NCBI GenBank assembly: GCA_965222315.1
Contig: OZ244951.1
Location: 962,407-1,026,406 of the forward strand
Direction: 5' to 3'
From: Alphaproteobacteria bacterium
GTDB lineage: Bacteria; Pseudomonadota; Alphaproteobacteria; Bin95
Length of the DNA stretch: 64,000 nt
The position numbers and the translations under genes were made by a program. The notes under the pieces are model-generated. The model made no database searches, had not been told where the DNA came from, and saw only the letters and a list, made by a program, of their open reading frames with translations. This document shows, piece by piece, positions 28,140 through 37,873 of the stretch (position 1 is the stretch's first letter; every line of letters starts with the position of its first letter).

Positions 28140-30928
28140 GTGACGCACCGATCCGCATTGGCCTTCCCGACACGGCGCAAGCGCTGGACATTTGCGGGTG
28201 CTGCGATGGCATCGCCGTCAGTACGCTGCAACCGATCTGGAACCGCCCGAACCTCTCCGCCATCGCGTATCGCGCCGGCACGCATGCCCAGTTCAAGGCG
28301 TCGATCCTGACGGCGCTGGCCTCCGCCGAACATGCGCCGCTCGCAGACCTCAAAACCCGCGACAACGATGATTTCACCATCGCCCTTATCGACGCCTGGG
28401 CCAGCGCCTGCGAAGTGCTGAGCTTCTACCAGGAACGCTATGCCAATGAGGCCTTTATCGGCACGGCGCTGGAACGGCTGTCGATTGGCGAGATTGCACG
28501 TCTGATCGGCTACCGCCTGCATCCGGGCGCGGCGGCGGAGACGGATCTGGTCTTCCTGATGGACGATCCGCCGGGGGCCGAGCCGGATGTCGCCGACCTG
28601 ACCATTCCGCTCGGCACGCGCGTGCAAAGTCAGCCGGGGCCGGAAGAAACGCCGCAAGTGTTTGAGACACTGGCGCCCCTCCAAGCCCGCGTTGCCTGGA
28701 ACCGCTTCCAGCCGCGCCAGAACCGGCAGATCGCCCCGAACACGGGCGATCTGGGCGCATGGTTGCAGGGGCAGGCGACCGGCCTGCAAATGGGCGACGC
28801 CATCCTGATTGTCGGGGATGACCGGGGCAGCAATGCCGGGTCCGAACTGTGGGATTTCCGCCGGGTCACCAGGGTGGAGGCTTTCCCCGATCTCGACCGG
28901 ACCTTTGTTACCTGGGACCGGCCGCTCGGCTCCATCAATCCGCCGGGCGAGGCGGCGCAGGCAGGGCATCGTTTCTACCACCTCCGCACCCGCGCTTCTC
29001 TGTTTGGCTATAACGCGCCGCATCCGGGCGTTTTGACCGCAGAGCAGCGGGATAATCTCGGCTATCCCGATATCATCATCGTTGCGGCCGTAAGCGGTCC
29101 GGGCGGCCTGACCTCTTCGAAACTGCCGATACCGGACTGGGATTTCGATTTTCCCGCATCCAACAAGATCGCCCTCGATGCGGTCTATAAGGGCTTTGTC
29201 CTGGGCGGCTGGGTCGTCCTCACCCTGCCGGGTGGCTTGGTGGAGCTGTACAGCATCACCAACGCCGCAGAGGACGCGGAAGCCCGTTGGGGCGTCAGCG
29301 GCAAGACAACCTTGCTGACTGTAGCAGGCGAGCATCTTTCCTCGTTCGAGAATGGCTACCGTACCGTTGGTGTCTATGGCGAAAGCGTGGAACTCGCGCT
29401 GGCCGAAACGCCGCTTTACGGCTGGATCGCCGGATCAACCGTCGAGCTGGACCGCCGCGCCGCCGACCTGCCGGAAGAGCGGCTGCTCATGTTCGCGGGG
29501 CGCCGCGCCCAGGTCCAAGTGGTCGCGGACACGCTCACACTGACCGCCGACGACGGCATTTCCATGAGAACGCTCTTTACCGAAGACCGCCTGACCCTGA
29601 TGGCCGACCCGGAGGCAATCCCGGCCAGCACCGATCTGCTTTGGCGCTTGCGCGATGCGGACGGCTTCGAAGGGACGCTCGAGGCTCCGGAAACCGCGTT
29701 GCAGGCGGTGGAGGCCGCCGATGACACGGAAACGGTCGCGGAAACCGCGATATTGGCGGAAGTTCAGGCCATCGACGCCACCCAATCCCGGCTTGTCCTG
29801 GTCGAAGCGCTGACCCATGCCTATGACCGGCGCAATCTCTCGATCCACGCCAATGTCGCCCGCGCCTCGCACGGAGAGAGCGCAACGGAAATCCTGGGCG
29901 GTGGTGATCCCTCCCGGCCACATCAGAGCTTCCAGCTGAAGCAGAACCCGGTGACCCAATTGCTCGCGCCGGCGGAGTCGGGGATCGCTTCAACGCTGGA
30001 GTTGCGGGCCGATGGCGTGAAGTGGCGTGAAGTACCCTTCCTTTATGGCCAGGGGCCGCGTAACCGGGTATTCGCGACGGCCCTTGACGACGAGGGCAAA
30101 ACCACGATCCGCTTCGGGGATGGCGTCGAAGGCGCACGGCCGCCAGCTGGCCGGGATAATCTGGTTGCGGAGTACCGGGTTGGCCTCGGCCTCGCCGGGA
30201 ACGTCAGGGCAGGGCAGTTGAGCCTCGCCGTTGACCAGCCCCTCGGCCTGCGTTCGGTGCGGAATCCGCTGGCAGCGCTCGGCGGCGATGACCCGGAAAC
30301 CTCCGCCGATGCCCGCCGCAGCGCGCCAATCTATACGCTGACGCTCGGGCGTCTGGTCTCTATCACCGACTACCGAGACTTCGCGCTCGGCTATCCCGGT
30401 ATTGAGAAGGCGGATGCCCGCTGGGTCTGGACCGGTGAGACCCGGCGCATCATCGTCACGGTAGCGGGCACCAACGGCGCGATGATAACCGAGGACGGAC
30501 CGACCTATCCGGCCCTGTTGCAGGCTTACCGGGACCTGGGCGACCCGTTCGTGCAGTTCCAACTGCTCTCCTATGTGCCCGCCCATTTCCGGCTGGGCGT
30601 CCGCGTTGCCATCGACCCGGATTATGAAAACGACGCGGTTCTGAGTGCGGTTGAGGCAGCCCTTCGCGCGGCGTTCAGCTTCGATGCGCGCGACTTCGTC
30701 CAGCCAGTCGCCCTCTCCGCGGTAGCCGCGAAGGCGCATGAGGTGGCTGGTGTGCTTGCGGTTGATATCGAAAAGCTCTACCGCACCGCACCGCCGCAGG
30801 CTGACGCCATCGCCCATCCGTTGCTGTCGGCGCAGCCGGGCCGCCTGTCCGCGGCCGGCAAATTGCTGCCTGCCGAGATCCTGACCCTGTCGCCCGATCC
30901 GCTGGATCAGTTGGAGGCGATGTCATGA
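28136..30928 (+). CDS. Large baseplate wedge protein (Afp12/gp7-like second J-family protein, 930 aa).
   Basis: Translational coupling. It repeats a J-like C-terminal pattern (ITDYRDFALGYPGIEKADAR). The assignment is by context. Confidence 0.5.
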   Translation: MSDAPIRIGLPDTAQALDICGCCDGIAVSTLQPIWNRPNLSAIAYRAGTHAQFKASILTALASAEHAPLADLKTRDNDDFTIALIDAWASACEVLSFYQERYANEAFIGTALERLSIGEIARLIGYRLHPGAAAETDLVFLMDDPPGAEPDVADLTIPLGTRVQSQPGPEETPQVFETLAPLQARVAWNRFQPRQNRQIAPNTGDLGAWLQGQATGLQMGDAILIVGDDRGSNAGSELWDFRRVTRVEAFPDLDRTFVTWDRPLGSINPPGEAAQAGHRFYHLRTRASLFGYNAPHPGVLTAEQRDNLGYPDIIIVAAVSGPGGLTSSKLPIPDWDFDFPASNKIALDAVYKGFVLGGWVVLTLPGGLVELYSITNAAEDAEARWGVSGKTTLLTVAGEHLSSFENGYRTVGVYGESVELALAETPLYGWIAGSTVELDRRAADLPEERLLMFAGRRAQVQVVADTLTLTADDGISMRTLFTEDRLTLMADPEAIPASTDLLWRLRDADGFEGTLEAPETALQAVEAADDTETVAETAILAEVQAIDATQSRLVLVEALTHAYDRRNLSIHANVARASHGESATEILGGGDPSRPHQSFQLKQNPVTQLLAPAESGIASTLELRADGVKWREVPFLYGQGPRNRVFATALDDEGKTTIRFGDGVEGARPPAGRDNLVAEYRVGLGLAGNVRAGQLSLAVDQPLGLRSVRNPLAALGGDDPETSADARRSAPIYTLTLGRLVSITDYRDFALGYPGIEKADARWVWTGETRRIIVTVAGTNGAMITEDGPTYPALLQAYRDLGDPFVQFQLLSYVPAHFRLGVRVAIDPDYENDAVLSAVEAALRAAFSFDARDFVQPVALSAVAAKAHEVAGVLAVDIEKLYRTAPPQADAIAHPLLSAQPGRLSAAGKLLPAEILTLSPDPLDQLEAMS

Positions 30929-33075
30929 ACCGTATAACGCCACAAGCGCTCTACGAGTTGCTGCCCGCCATCATCCGAATGCGGGACGCTGACGAGGGCG
31001 AGCCGCTCCGGGCGCTTTTCGCCGTGCTCGCCCGCGAAGGCAGTGTCATTGAGGAAAATATAGAGCAACTGCTCGACGATCTTTTCATCGAAACCGCCGC
31101 CGACTGGGCTACGCCCTATATCGGCGGCGTGATCGGCTACCGCGCGCTGCATGAGATCGAAGGCACCGTTGTCAGCCCGCGGACAGAGGTCGCGAACACG
31201 ATCGGCTACCGCCGCCGCAAGGGCACGGCGGCTGTCCTTGAGCAGCTTGCCCACGATGTCACCGGCTGGCCCGCCCGTGTGGTGGAGTATTTCCAGCTCG
31301 TCGCCACCTGCCAGTACATGAACCACATCCGGCCAGGCCATCATTGGGCGCCCGATCTGGCCGATCCGCTGACCCTGGAGCCGGTGGGCCGCGCGTTCGA
31401 TCCGGTTGCCCGTACGGTGGATGTCCGCTCGATCAACCGCGCGGGCAGCCGTAAAAGTACCGGCGGCAAGCACAATCTGCCCAATATTGGTCTCTATCTC
31501 TGGCGGCTGGGGGCGATGCGGCAGAGCAATACGCCCGCTTCGATGGTGGATGCGCGGCGCTACCGGTTCGACCCGCTGGGCGCTGACCGGCCCCTGATTA
31601 ACCGGCCACTCGCCGAAGACCACATCACCCATCTGGCCAGGCCGGAAAACGTGCCGGGCTTCCTCACCCGGCGGCAATTGCATGATGAGCCCGCGCTCTG
31701 GTATCCGCGCGCGTTCGAGATATTTGTCGATGGCGTGGCCGTCCCGGTAGAGCAAATTCAGACCTGCGATTTGGCTGATGACGGTCCGGGGTGGAACCAC
31801 TCCCCGCATACCGCTGCCGGAGTCAATTTCCCGGTACGCGTCGATCCGGAGCGGGGCCGCTTCGCCTTCCCGGATGAAGAGGAGAGGGAGGTCCGCACAA
31901 CGTTCCACCTCGGCTTCCCCGGCCAGATTGGCGGCGGCGAGTACAACCGGGCGGCTGGACTGGCGCAACCCACGACCGAGCGCCCGCTTGTCGTCTTCCC
32001 CCATCCGGTCCACGCGACTATCCAGGACGCGCTGAACGCGCTGCCCGCGGCGGGCGGGATCGTGGAAATCCGCGCGAACGATATTTTTGCAGCGCCGGTA
32101 TTGCTCGACCTTGCCGCCGGGGCGGAGGTGGAGCTTCGCGCAGGCGATGGCCTGCGCCCGATCTTGAATGCAGCCGCGCCGTTCGTGCTTTCCGGCGGCT
32201 CAGATGCCTGCGTCAGCCTCAATGGGCTGGTGCTCATGGGCAGCCGGATCAGCATTGAGGCCAATGGCGGCGGCGAGTCGCTGGGCGAGGTCACGTTGCG
32301 CCATATGACCTTGGTCCCGGGCCTTGGCCTGACTGAGGTGGGCGGGCCGGCTTCGCCTGAAGCGGTGAGCCTCCAGGTCTCCGCCGTCGGCGTTGAACTG
32401 ACGCTGGACCGTTCGATTTCCGGGCCACTTCGCATGGTGGACACCACCAACGTCGAAATCCGCGATTCCCTGATCGATGCCGCTGCGCTCGACACACTCA
32501 ACAGTGCGGAAGCGCTGGCGATCAGCGGCATAGGCGCCGCGGCGGAACCGGCAGGCGCGCTCACCATTATCGCCTCGACGGTCATTGGCCGGATCACGGC
32601 GAGAGCATTCCCGCTGGTCTCGAACAGCATCCTGCATGCCCGCGCGTCCCAGCCGGGCGAGGTGCCGGTGCGGGCCTTCCAGCGCCAGGACGGCTGTATG
32701 CGCTTCAGCTTCGTGCCGCAGGGCTCGATCACGCCGCGGCGCTACCGCTGCCAGCCACAACTAGCCATCGACCAGGCAGTAAAGGCGCGGGAGGCCGAAA
32801 CCGGCGTCCAAATCACCCAGGCCCAGCGGGCGCTCATCACTAGCCGCATCGCCCGCTGGCTTATTCCGAGTTTCACCGCCCATTCCTACGCCCATCCGGC
32901 CTATGCGCAGTTGCGGGAGGCCGCGCCTGCGGAAATCCGCACCGGCGCCGACGATGAAAGCGAAATGGGCGTCTGGCACCACCTGTTCCAACCGCAGCGC
33001 GAGGCGAACTTGCGCATCCGGCTCGACGAATACCTGCGCTTCGGTCTGGAAGCCGGTGTCTTTTTCGAGACGTAA
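30925..33075 (+). CDS. P2 gpI-like baseplate protein (716 aa).
   Basis: N-terminus LLPAIIRMRDADEGEPLRALFAVLAREGSVIEENIEQLLDDLFIETAADWATPYIGGVIGY matches the tail-protein-I N-terminal pattern. Confidence 0.55.
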   Translation: MNRITPQALYELLPAIIRMRDADEGEPLRALFAVLAREGSVIEENIEQLLDDLFIETAADWATPYIGGVIGYRALHEIEGTVVSPRTEVANTIGYRRRKGTAAVLEQLAHDVTGWPARVVEYFQLVATCQYMNHIRPGHHWAPDLADPLTLEPVGRAFDPVARTVDVRSINRAGSRKSTGGKHNLPNIGLYLWRLGAMRQSNTPASMVDARRYRFDPLGADRPLINRPLAEDHITHLARPENVPGFLTRRQLHDEPALWYPRAFEIFVDGVAVPVEQIQTCDLADDGPGWNHSPHTAAGVNFPVRVDPERGRFAFPDEEEREVRTTFHLGFPGQIGGGEYNRAAGLAQPTTERPLVVFPHPVHATIQDALNALPAAGGIVEIRANDIFAAPVLLDLAAGAEVELRAGDGLRPILNAAAPFVLSGGSDACVSLNGLVLMGSRISIEANGGGESLGEVTLRHMTLVPGLGLTEVGGPASPEAVSLQVSAVGVELTLDRSISGPLRMVDTTNVEIRDSLIDAAALDTLNSAEALAISGIGAAAEPAGALTIIASTVIGRITARAFPLVSNSILHARASQPGEVPVRAFQRQDGCMRFSFVPQGSITPRRYRCQPQLAIDQAVKAREAETGVQITQAQRALITSRIARWLIPSFTAHSYAHPAYAQLREAAPAEIRTGADDESEMGVWHHLFQPQREANLRIRLDEYLRFGLEAGVFFET

Positions 33076-33093
33076 AGGAGGCACGCGAAAACC

Positions 33094-36000
33094 ATGAGTG
33101 GCGACTACAGCAGAGACACCTTCGACGCCCTCCGCGACTATGCCGGCGTCTTCCTGCAACAGGGCCGGGCCGCGCTCGATGCCGACTGGAACGAGATGGT
33201 CGCCATCTTCGAACGCCGCATCCGCGCCGCGACGGTCGATACCATCGGCCGGGCCGTGGTGCCGCTGGAAACGCCTCTTGGCTTCCAGATCCAGCTTGCG
33301 GCAGGCCCCTCCGTTTCCATCGGCCGCGGCCGCAAATACCTGCACGGCCTGTTGCTCGAGTGCCACGGCCAGTTTGATGCAAGCACCGCAGTATTCGACC
33401 GCGGGCGCGACGGCGCCAACGGGCCGGAGGGCGTGCTGGACGAACTGATTTCCCCGGCAGGTGGTGACTTCGTGCCCTACACCAGTCAGCCCTATTGGCC
33501 AACACCGGAACCCTTGCCACAGTCGAGTGGTCCGCATCTGGCCTATGTGGTCGCCTGGCAACGCGAGGTGACTGCGCTCGAAAACCTCGCCTTGCTGGAG
33601 CCCGCCCTGGGCGGGCTCGACACCGCAACGCGCTGGCAGACAGTCTGGCAGGTGCGGTTCCTGAGCAATGTCGGTGCGAATACGACGTGCGCCACGCCGG
33701 ACGATCAACTGGCCGGATGGGAGGCGGAAATCGCGCCCTCCACCGCCCGGCTCACCACGCGCACCATCGAAATCGAGGATCCGGAAGATCCCTGCCTGGT
33801 ACCGCCGACCGGTGGCTTTACCGGGATCGAGAACCAGCTTTACAGGGTCGAATTGCACACGGTCGGTGCGGCGCAGACCGACGCGCGCTTCAAGTTCAGC
33901 CGCGAAAACGCCTCGGTTGCCGCCAGTATCGAGAGCTTCGGCAACCCCGCCGACCGCATCACGGTGCAGCGCATCGGCCGTGACGAGGTTCTGCGCTTCC
34001 GCGCGGGCGACTGGGTGGAAGTCACCGACGACCACCGGGAGTTCAATCACCAGTCGGGCCAGATGCTGCGGGTCGCCGTCGCTAACGAGGAAACCCGCGA
34101 GATCGAACTGGAAGGCACCATCGCTGCTGATCTGGTGCCGAGCGGCATCGGCACGGACACGCCCGCCAACCGGCGCAGCCGCCTGATCCGGTGGGACCAG
34201 CGTGGCATCATCCGCGACACCGATGGCAATCAGTGGGTGGACCTGGATGCTCCCGCCTCTGACGGTCTGATCCCCGTGCCGCCAACCGGCACTGTGCTAG
34301 TGCTGGAATCGGGGATTACGGTGGAGTTTTCCGCTGCCGCCCAGCCCACAGGCGGTTTTCGTGCAATGGACTATTGGCGCTTCGCCGCCCGCACCGCCGG
34401 TACGCAGATCGAAGAGCTTACCAGCGCGCCACCGGATGGAATCCAGCGGCATTACAGCCGCCTCGCCATCGTGACATTCCCAAATTCGGTTCAGGATTGC
34501 CGCGTCTTCTGGCCGCCCAATTTCGGCAGCGAGGCAGAGAGTTGCTGCTGCACTGTCTGCGTTACGCCGGAAACCCACAATGCCGGCGCGCTGACCATCC
34601 AGGCCGCCATCGATCAGATCGGGTCGGAGGGCGGTACGGTCTGCCTTTCCGGCGGCACCTATGTCTTACAGGCGCCCGTTACCATCGACGGCGGCGTTGC
34701 GGTGACGGTGGAAGGGCAGGGGGCGCTGACCCTGCTGGTCTATCAGGGCACCGGTCCCGCGATCCGTGTCCGCCGCTCCGCCGATATTCAGTTGCAGCGC
34801 TTCAGCATCGTGGCGCGCCTCCAAGGGACCGACGATGTCGGTGTTCCGGCAACGCCGGTCGCGGGCATCGCCTTGGAGAACACCGCGCTTGCAGCACTCC
34901 GCCGTATTGCGGTGCTGGTTGTCGCCAGCGGCGATGTCCGCAGAGATCCGGCCATCGCGCTGGATGGTGTCGCCATCGGCACCAAGATCGAAGAATGCCT
35001 GGCGCTGGCGCCGGTCGCGCTCGGGTCACTTGGCACCAGCGATGCGTTCGGCGTGCAGCAGAGCCCGGATTTTCTGGCCCTTGCCGAGCTTCGGGTGCTC
35101 GACAATATCCTGTTCGGGTCGGAAGCCGGTGTGCAGTTCGGCGGCCTTGCCATCAATATCGCCAACGCGATTTTCGACCGGAACATGGTTCTGGGCGGCA
35201 CGTCGGGCATGGACGTCAATTGGTTTGAGGCCAACCTCGGCGCGACCGCCATCGACGGCAACGCGGTCACCTCGAACGGCACCGGTCTGCGCCTCGGCGT
35301 CAATCACCTGCGATTGCAGGACAATCAGATCAGCGGAGGAAGCCAGACTGGCGACGGTGTCGATCTGGTTCCGAACTTCGTACCAGCGACAGAGATAGAC
35401 GCCCAGGTGATAGGCAACAGCATCGGCGATCTGGCTGGCAGCGGCATCCGTCTGCAAGGCCAGTTCGGCACGCTGCTTATCAAGCGCAACATCATCCGCC
35501 GCTGCCGGGAAGCCGGTATCGCCGCCACCGGCAAGCAGATCATTCGCTACACGGCTATCGACAATAATATCATTGAGGATATCGCCGACAGCGTCGATCA
35601 GCTTGGCGCGGGCGCCATCGTGCTCTCCCGGATCGAGGAGGGGCTCGTTTCCGGAAACCGTATCCGGGGCGTTGGCCAGGGCGGCGACCAGAGCCAGACT
35701 TATGTTGGTGTCGCTGTCTATGGGGTCGGCATCGTCTCGGTTGAGAGCAACACCGTATCGGAGATTGGGCCGGGCAATGCCGCCAGTCCCGCTGCCGGTA
35801 TTTGGGGACGCTTGCCCTATTTCGAGCTTTCGGCCCGTGGCAATCGTGTGAGCGGCGCGCTGACCAACACGCAGAACGACCGCTCGCTCGCCTGGATCGG
35901 CCTGTTGATCGGGGAGGCCAACACAAGGCCGAATTCCCCGGCTGCTGGTGCATTTACAGCCAGCGTCCCAGGCCTGGCCGCCGACCAGATCGTCTTCGCA

Positions 36001-36408
36001 ACCGTCGGCAATCAATGGTTCGCCGTGACCAACGAAAGCCTGCGTGCCGTTGGTCCGGTCCGCGAGCGGCAAATTCTGATCAACGCCAACCAGATCTACC
36101 ATGCGGGCGAGACCAATCAGCCGCTAGTTTCCGCGATGGATACCGGCGATGCCACGACGACCTTCACCGACAACCAGGTCCGGCTGGAAGCCATCGGCGC
36201 GGTTCCAGCCATCGTTTCGATCACCGCGCCACGGGTGATCGCCGGAAACAACGCCGTCCGCCGCCGCTCCGACCAGGACGCCATGCACATCAATGTCGGC
36301 GAGGCCGGCGCTGCGACCGTCATCGGCAATATTACGTTCGGGAACATCCGCGTCTTCCCGAATGGGCTGAACCCGCCGTTCGACGCCCTCAACTTACTCG
36401 CCAGCTAA
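33094..36408 (+). CDS. Giant tail-fibre / receptor-binding protein with right-handed parallel beta-helix repeats (1104 aa; Afp13 analog).
   Basis: Long runs of ~22-25 aa repeats with NxxxG / IxGN periodicity (e.g. VIGNSIGDLAGSGIRLQG, IDNNIIEDIADSV, VSGNRIRGVGQGG). These are typical of pectate-lyase-like beta-helix fibres. Last large gene of the operon. Confidence 0.6.
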   Translation: MSGDYSRDTFDALRDYAGVFLQQGRAALDADWNEMVAIFERRIRAATVDTIGRAVVPLETPLGFQIQLAAGPSVSIGRGRKYLHGLLLECHGQFDASTAVFDRGRDGANGPEGVLDELISPAGGDFVPYTSQPYWPTPEPLPQSSGPHLAYVVAWQREVTALENLALLEPALGGLDTATRWQTVWQVRFLSNVGANTTCATPDDQLAGWEAEIAPSTARLTTRTIEIEDPEDPCLVPPTGGFTGIENQLYRVELHTVGAAQTDARFKFSRENASVAASIESFGNPADRITVQRIGRDEVLRFRAGDWVEVTDDHREFNHQSGQMLRVAVANEETREIELEGTIAADLVPSGIGTDTPANRRSRLIRWDQRGIIRDTDGNQWVDLDAPASDGLIPVPPTGTVLVLESGITVEFSAAAQPTGGFRAMDYWRFAARTAGTQIEELTSAPPDGIQRHYSRLAIVTFPNSVQDCRVFWPPNFGSEAESCCCTVCVTPETHNAGALTIQAAIDQIGSEGGTVCLSGGTYVLQAPVTIDGGVAVTVEGQGALTLLVYQGTGPAIRVRRSADIQLQRFSIVARLQGTDDVGVPATPVAGIALENTALAALRRIAVLVVASGDVRRDPAIALDGVAIGTKIEECLALAPVALGSLGTSDAFGVQQSPDFLALAELRVLDNILFGSEAGVQFGGLAINIANAIFDRNMVLGGTSGMDVNWFEANLGATAIDGNAVTSNGTGLRLGVNHLRLQDNQISGGSQTGDGVDLVPNFVPATEIDAQVIGNSIGDLAGSGIRLQGQFGTLLIKRNIIRRCREAGIAATGKQIIRYTAIDNNIIEDIADSVDQLGAGAIVLSRIEEGLVSGNRIRGVGQGGDQSQTYVGVAVYGVGIVSVESNTVSEIGPGNAASPAAGIWGRLPYFELSARGNRVSGALTNTQNDRSLAWIGLLIGEANTRPNSPAAGAFTASVPGLAADQIVFATVGNQWFAVTNESLRAVGPVRERQILINANQIYHAGETNQPLVSAMDTGDATTTFTDNQVRLEAIGAVPAIVSITAPRVIAGNNAVRRRSDQDAMHINVGEAGAATVIGNITFGNIRVFPNGLNPPFDALNLLAS

Positions 36409-36438
36409 CGCAGGCTTGCAGAAAGGAGCCCTTGCGCC

Positions 36439-36972
36439 ATGGCCCGAGGCATCACCCGCATCAGGAACGAAACGTCGCTCCGTTCGCTTGCCGAGCGCGT
36501 TTACGATATCAGCGGACCCAGCCGTGCGGAAAATCTGCGCAAGGCGGAATCCGCGCTTCTCAAAGCCAACCCCCAATTGCGCCGGGCCAACGGATTTGCG
36601 GCAGGCACCGTCATTATCGTTCCGGAGGTCGGCCTGGACCGGACCGGCAGCGTCGAACTGCCGTCGGCAGACCTGGACGGCGCGTTGAACGAGGCTGCTG
36701 CCCGCATCCAACAAGTCGCCGGGGAGGCGAAGAACGGCTTTTCGATTAGTCAGGATCAACGGAAAACCGCCCTCGCCAATCTGTCGGACGAGCGGTTCAT
36801 GGCTGAACTGGTCAAGTCTGACAGGAACGCCGTGAAGTTGGCGAAGCAAGCCCAGGACACGCTCCAAAAACAGGATGCGGTAGAGGAAGAGGCGATGGCG
36901 CGCTTGAGGCGTAGCCTCAGCGAGGCATCCAAAGAAATCGACCGGCTTCAACGCCTGACGAAGGGGCGGTAG
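36439..36972 (+). CDS. Hypothetical coiled-coil protein (177 aa), the last gene of the eCIS operon. Candidate fibre assembly factor.
   Basis: Complete ORF. The C-terminal half is predicted helical (EAKNGFSISQDQRKTALANLSDERFMAELVKSD...). Confidence 0.35.
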   Translation: MARGITRIRNETSLRSLAERVYDISGPSRAENLRKAESALLKANPQLRRANGFAAGTVIIVPEVGLDRTGSVELPSADLDGALNEAAARIQQVAGEAKNGFSISQDQRKTALANLSDERFMAELVKSDRNAVKLAKQAQDTLQKQDAVEEEAMARLRRSLSEASKEIDRLQRLTKGR

Positions 36973-37424
36973 GAGGTTGGATGCCCCTTCTATTCCGGAT
37001 CGGCTGTGTTGATTGATGGTCCAGCCGCGGCCTTTCAGGTCGTTTAGAAACCCGGTGATCGGGAAGGGCATTCCCATCCCATTTGCGCTTATCCGTCGGT
37101 AGCCGAACCCCGCCGCCGACTTTGACACTTTAACGCTTCCAGATAGAGCAAATCGCGTTTCCCTCGATCGCTAAGGCCATAACGGCGTCTTGCCAGCCGG
37201 CAAAGGCTGCAGCTCAGAAGGTCTTCATAGTTTGGCGTGAGATCAGATGGCGATGGACGTTGCACAGATTGTCGGGGTCTGTTGCATTGCCGCTTTTGGA
37301 CTGAAACGCCTTACCTTTCAGAAGGATCAGGCATTCGGGGCGAAAAGGTTTTCGATGAATGTAATCTTGCCACGGACTCCGGGCGTACGGTTGTAGGCGC
37401 TTCCCTTGACGATCATCCGGATCG

Positions 37425-37674
37425 TCTCGATGCCTACGACAATGCCATGTGCGAGAGCTTCTTCGCGACCTTGGAGTGCGAGTTGCTGGATCGCCGGCAG
37501 TTCCAGTCGCATGCAGAAGCCAGAATGGCGGTCTTCCACTTCATCGAAGGCTTCTACAATCCGACCCGCCGACACTCGGCGCTTGGATATCTATCGCCCA
37601 GCGAATACGAACGGAGGCAAGATGACCCGACACAAACTGAGTGACCCAAAAAAACTGTCCACGAAAGTGGGGCA
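37425..37674 (+). mobile_element. Truncated IS3-family element: the 3' end of orfB plus the right inverted repeat CCACGAAAGTGGGGCAACTCCA. It is ~95% identical to the complete copy at 57,541-58,868 but in opposite orientation.
   Basis: Its translation ..DAYDNAMCESFFATLECELLDRRQFQSHAEARMAVFHFIEGFYNPTRRHSALGYLSPSEYERRQDD is nearly identical to the C-terminus of the 57575-58465 product. The terminal 22 bp match the IS end. Confidence 0.75.
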
Positions 37675-37873
37675 ACTCCACCCTCCTCCTCCCGCAACGG
37701 GAAGCATAAGTGGAAAATTCCAGCTCAGAACGGTCCGATTTTTGGGAAGCAGGTCATAGGAAGTGAAGCACATCCTTCCGCCGATCAAGAAAGCCGCCTG
37801 ATTATGTCCGATCCAAGGGGCGTACTCTAGAGCTGAGTAAGTTTTGCATCGGCGCTAATAAGGTTACAGAATC

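Noticed and set aside
36980-37080. Possible terminator hairpin after the last eCIS gene.
   Set aside because: Only weak, imperfect inverted repeats (GGATGCCCCTT / AAGGGCATTCC) with a long spacer and no U-tract.
37237-37644. 135-aa ORF as an intact transposase gene.
   Set aside because: Only the C-terminal ~75 aa match IS3 OrfB. It lacks the DDE core and the orfA partner, so it is a truncated IS fragment.
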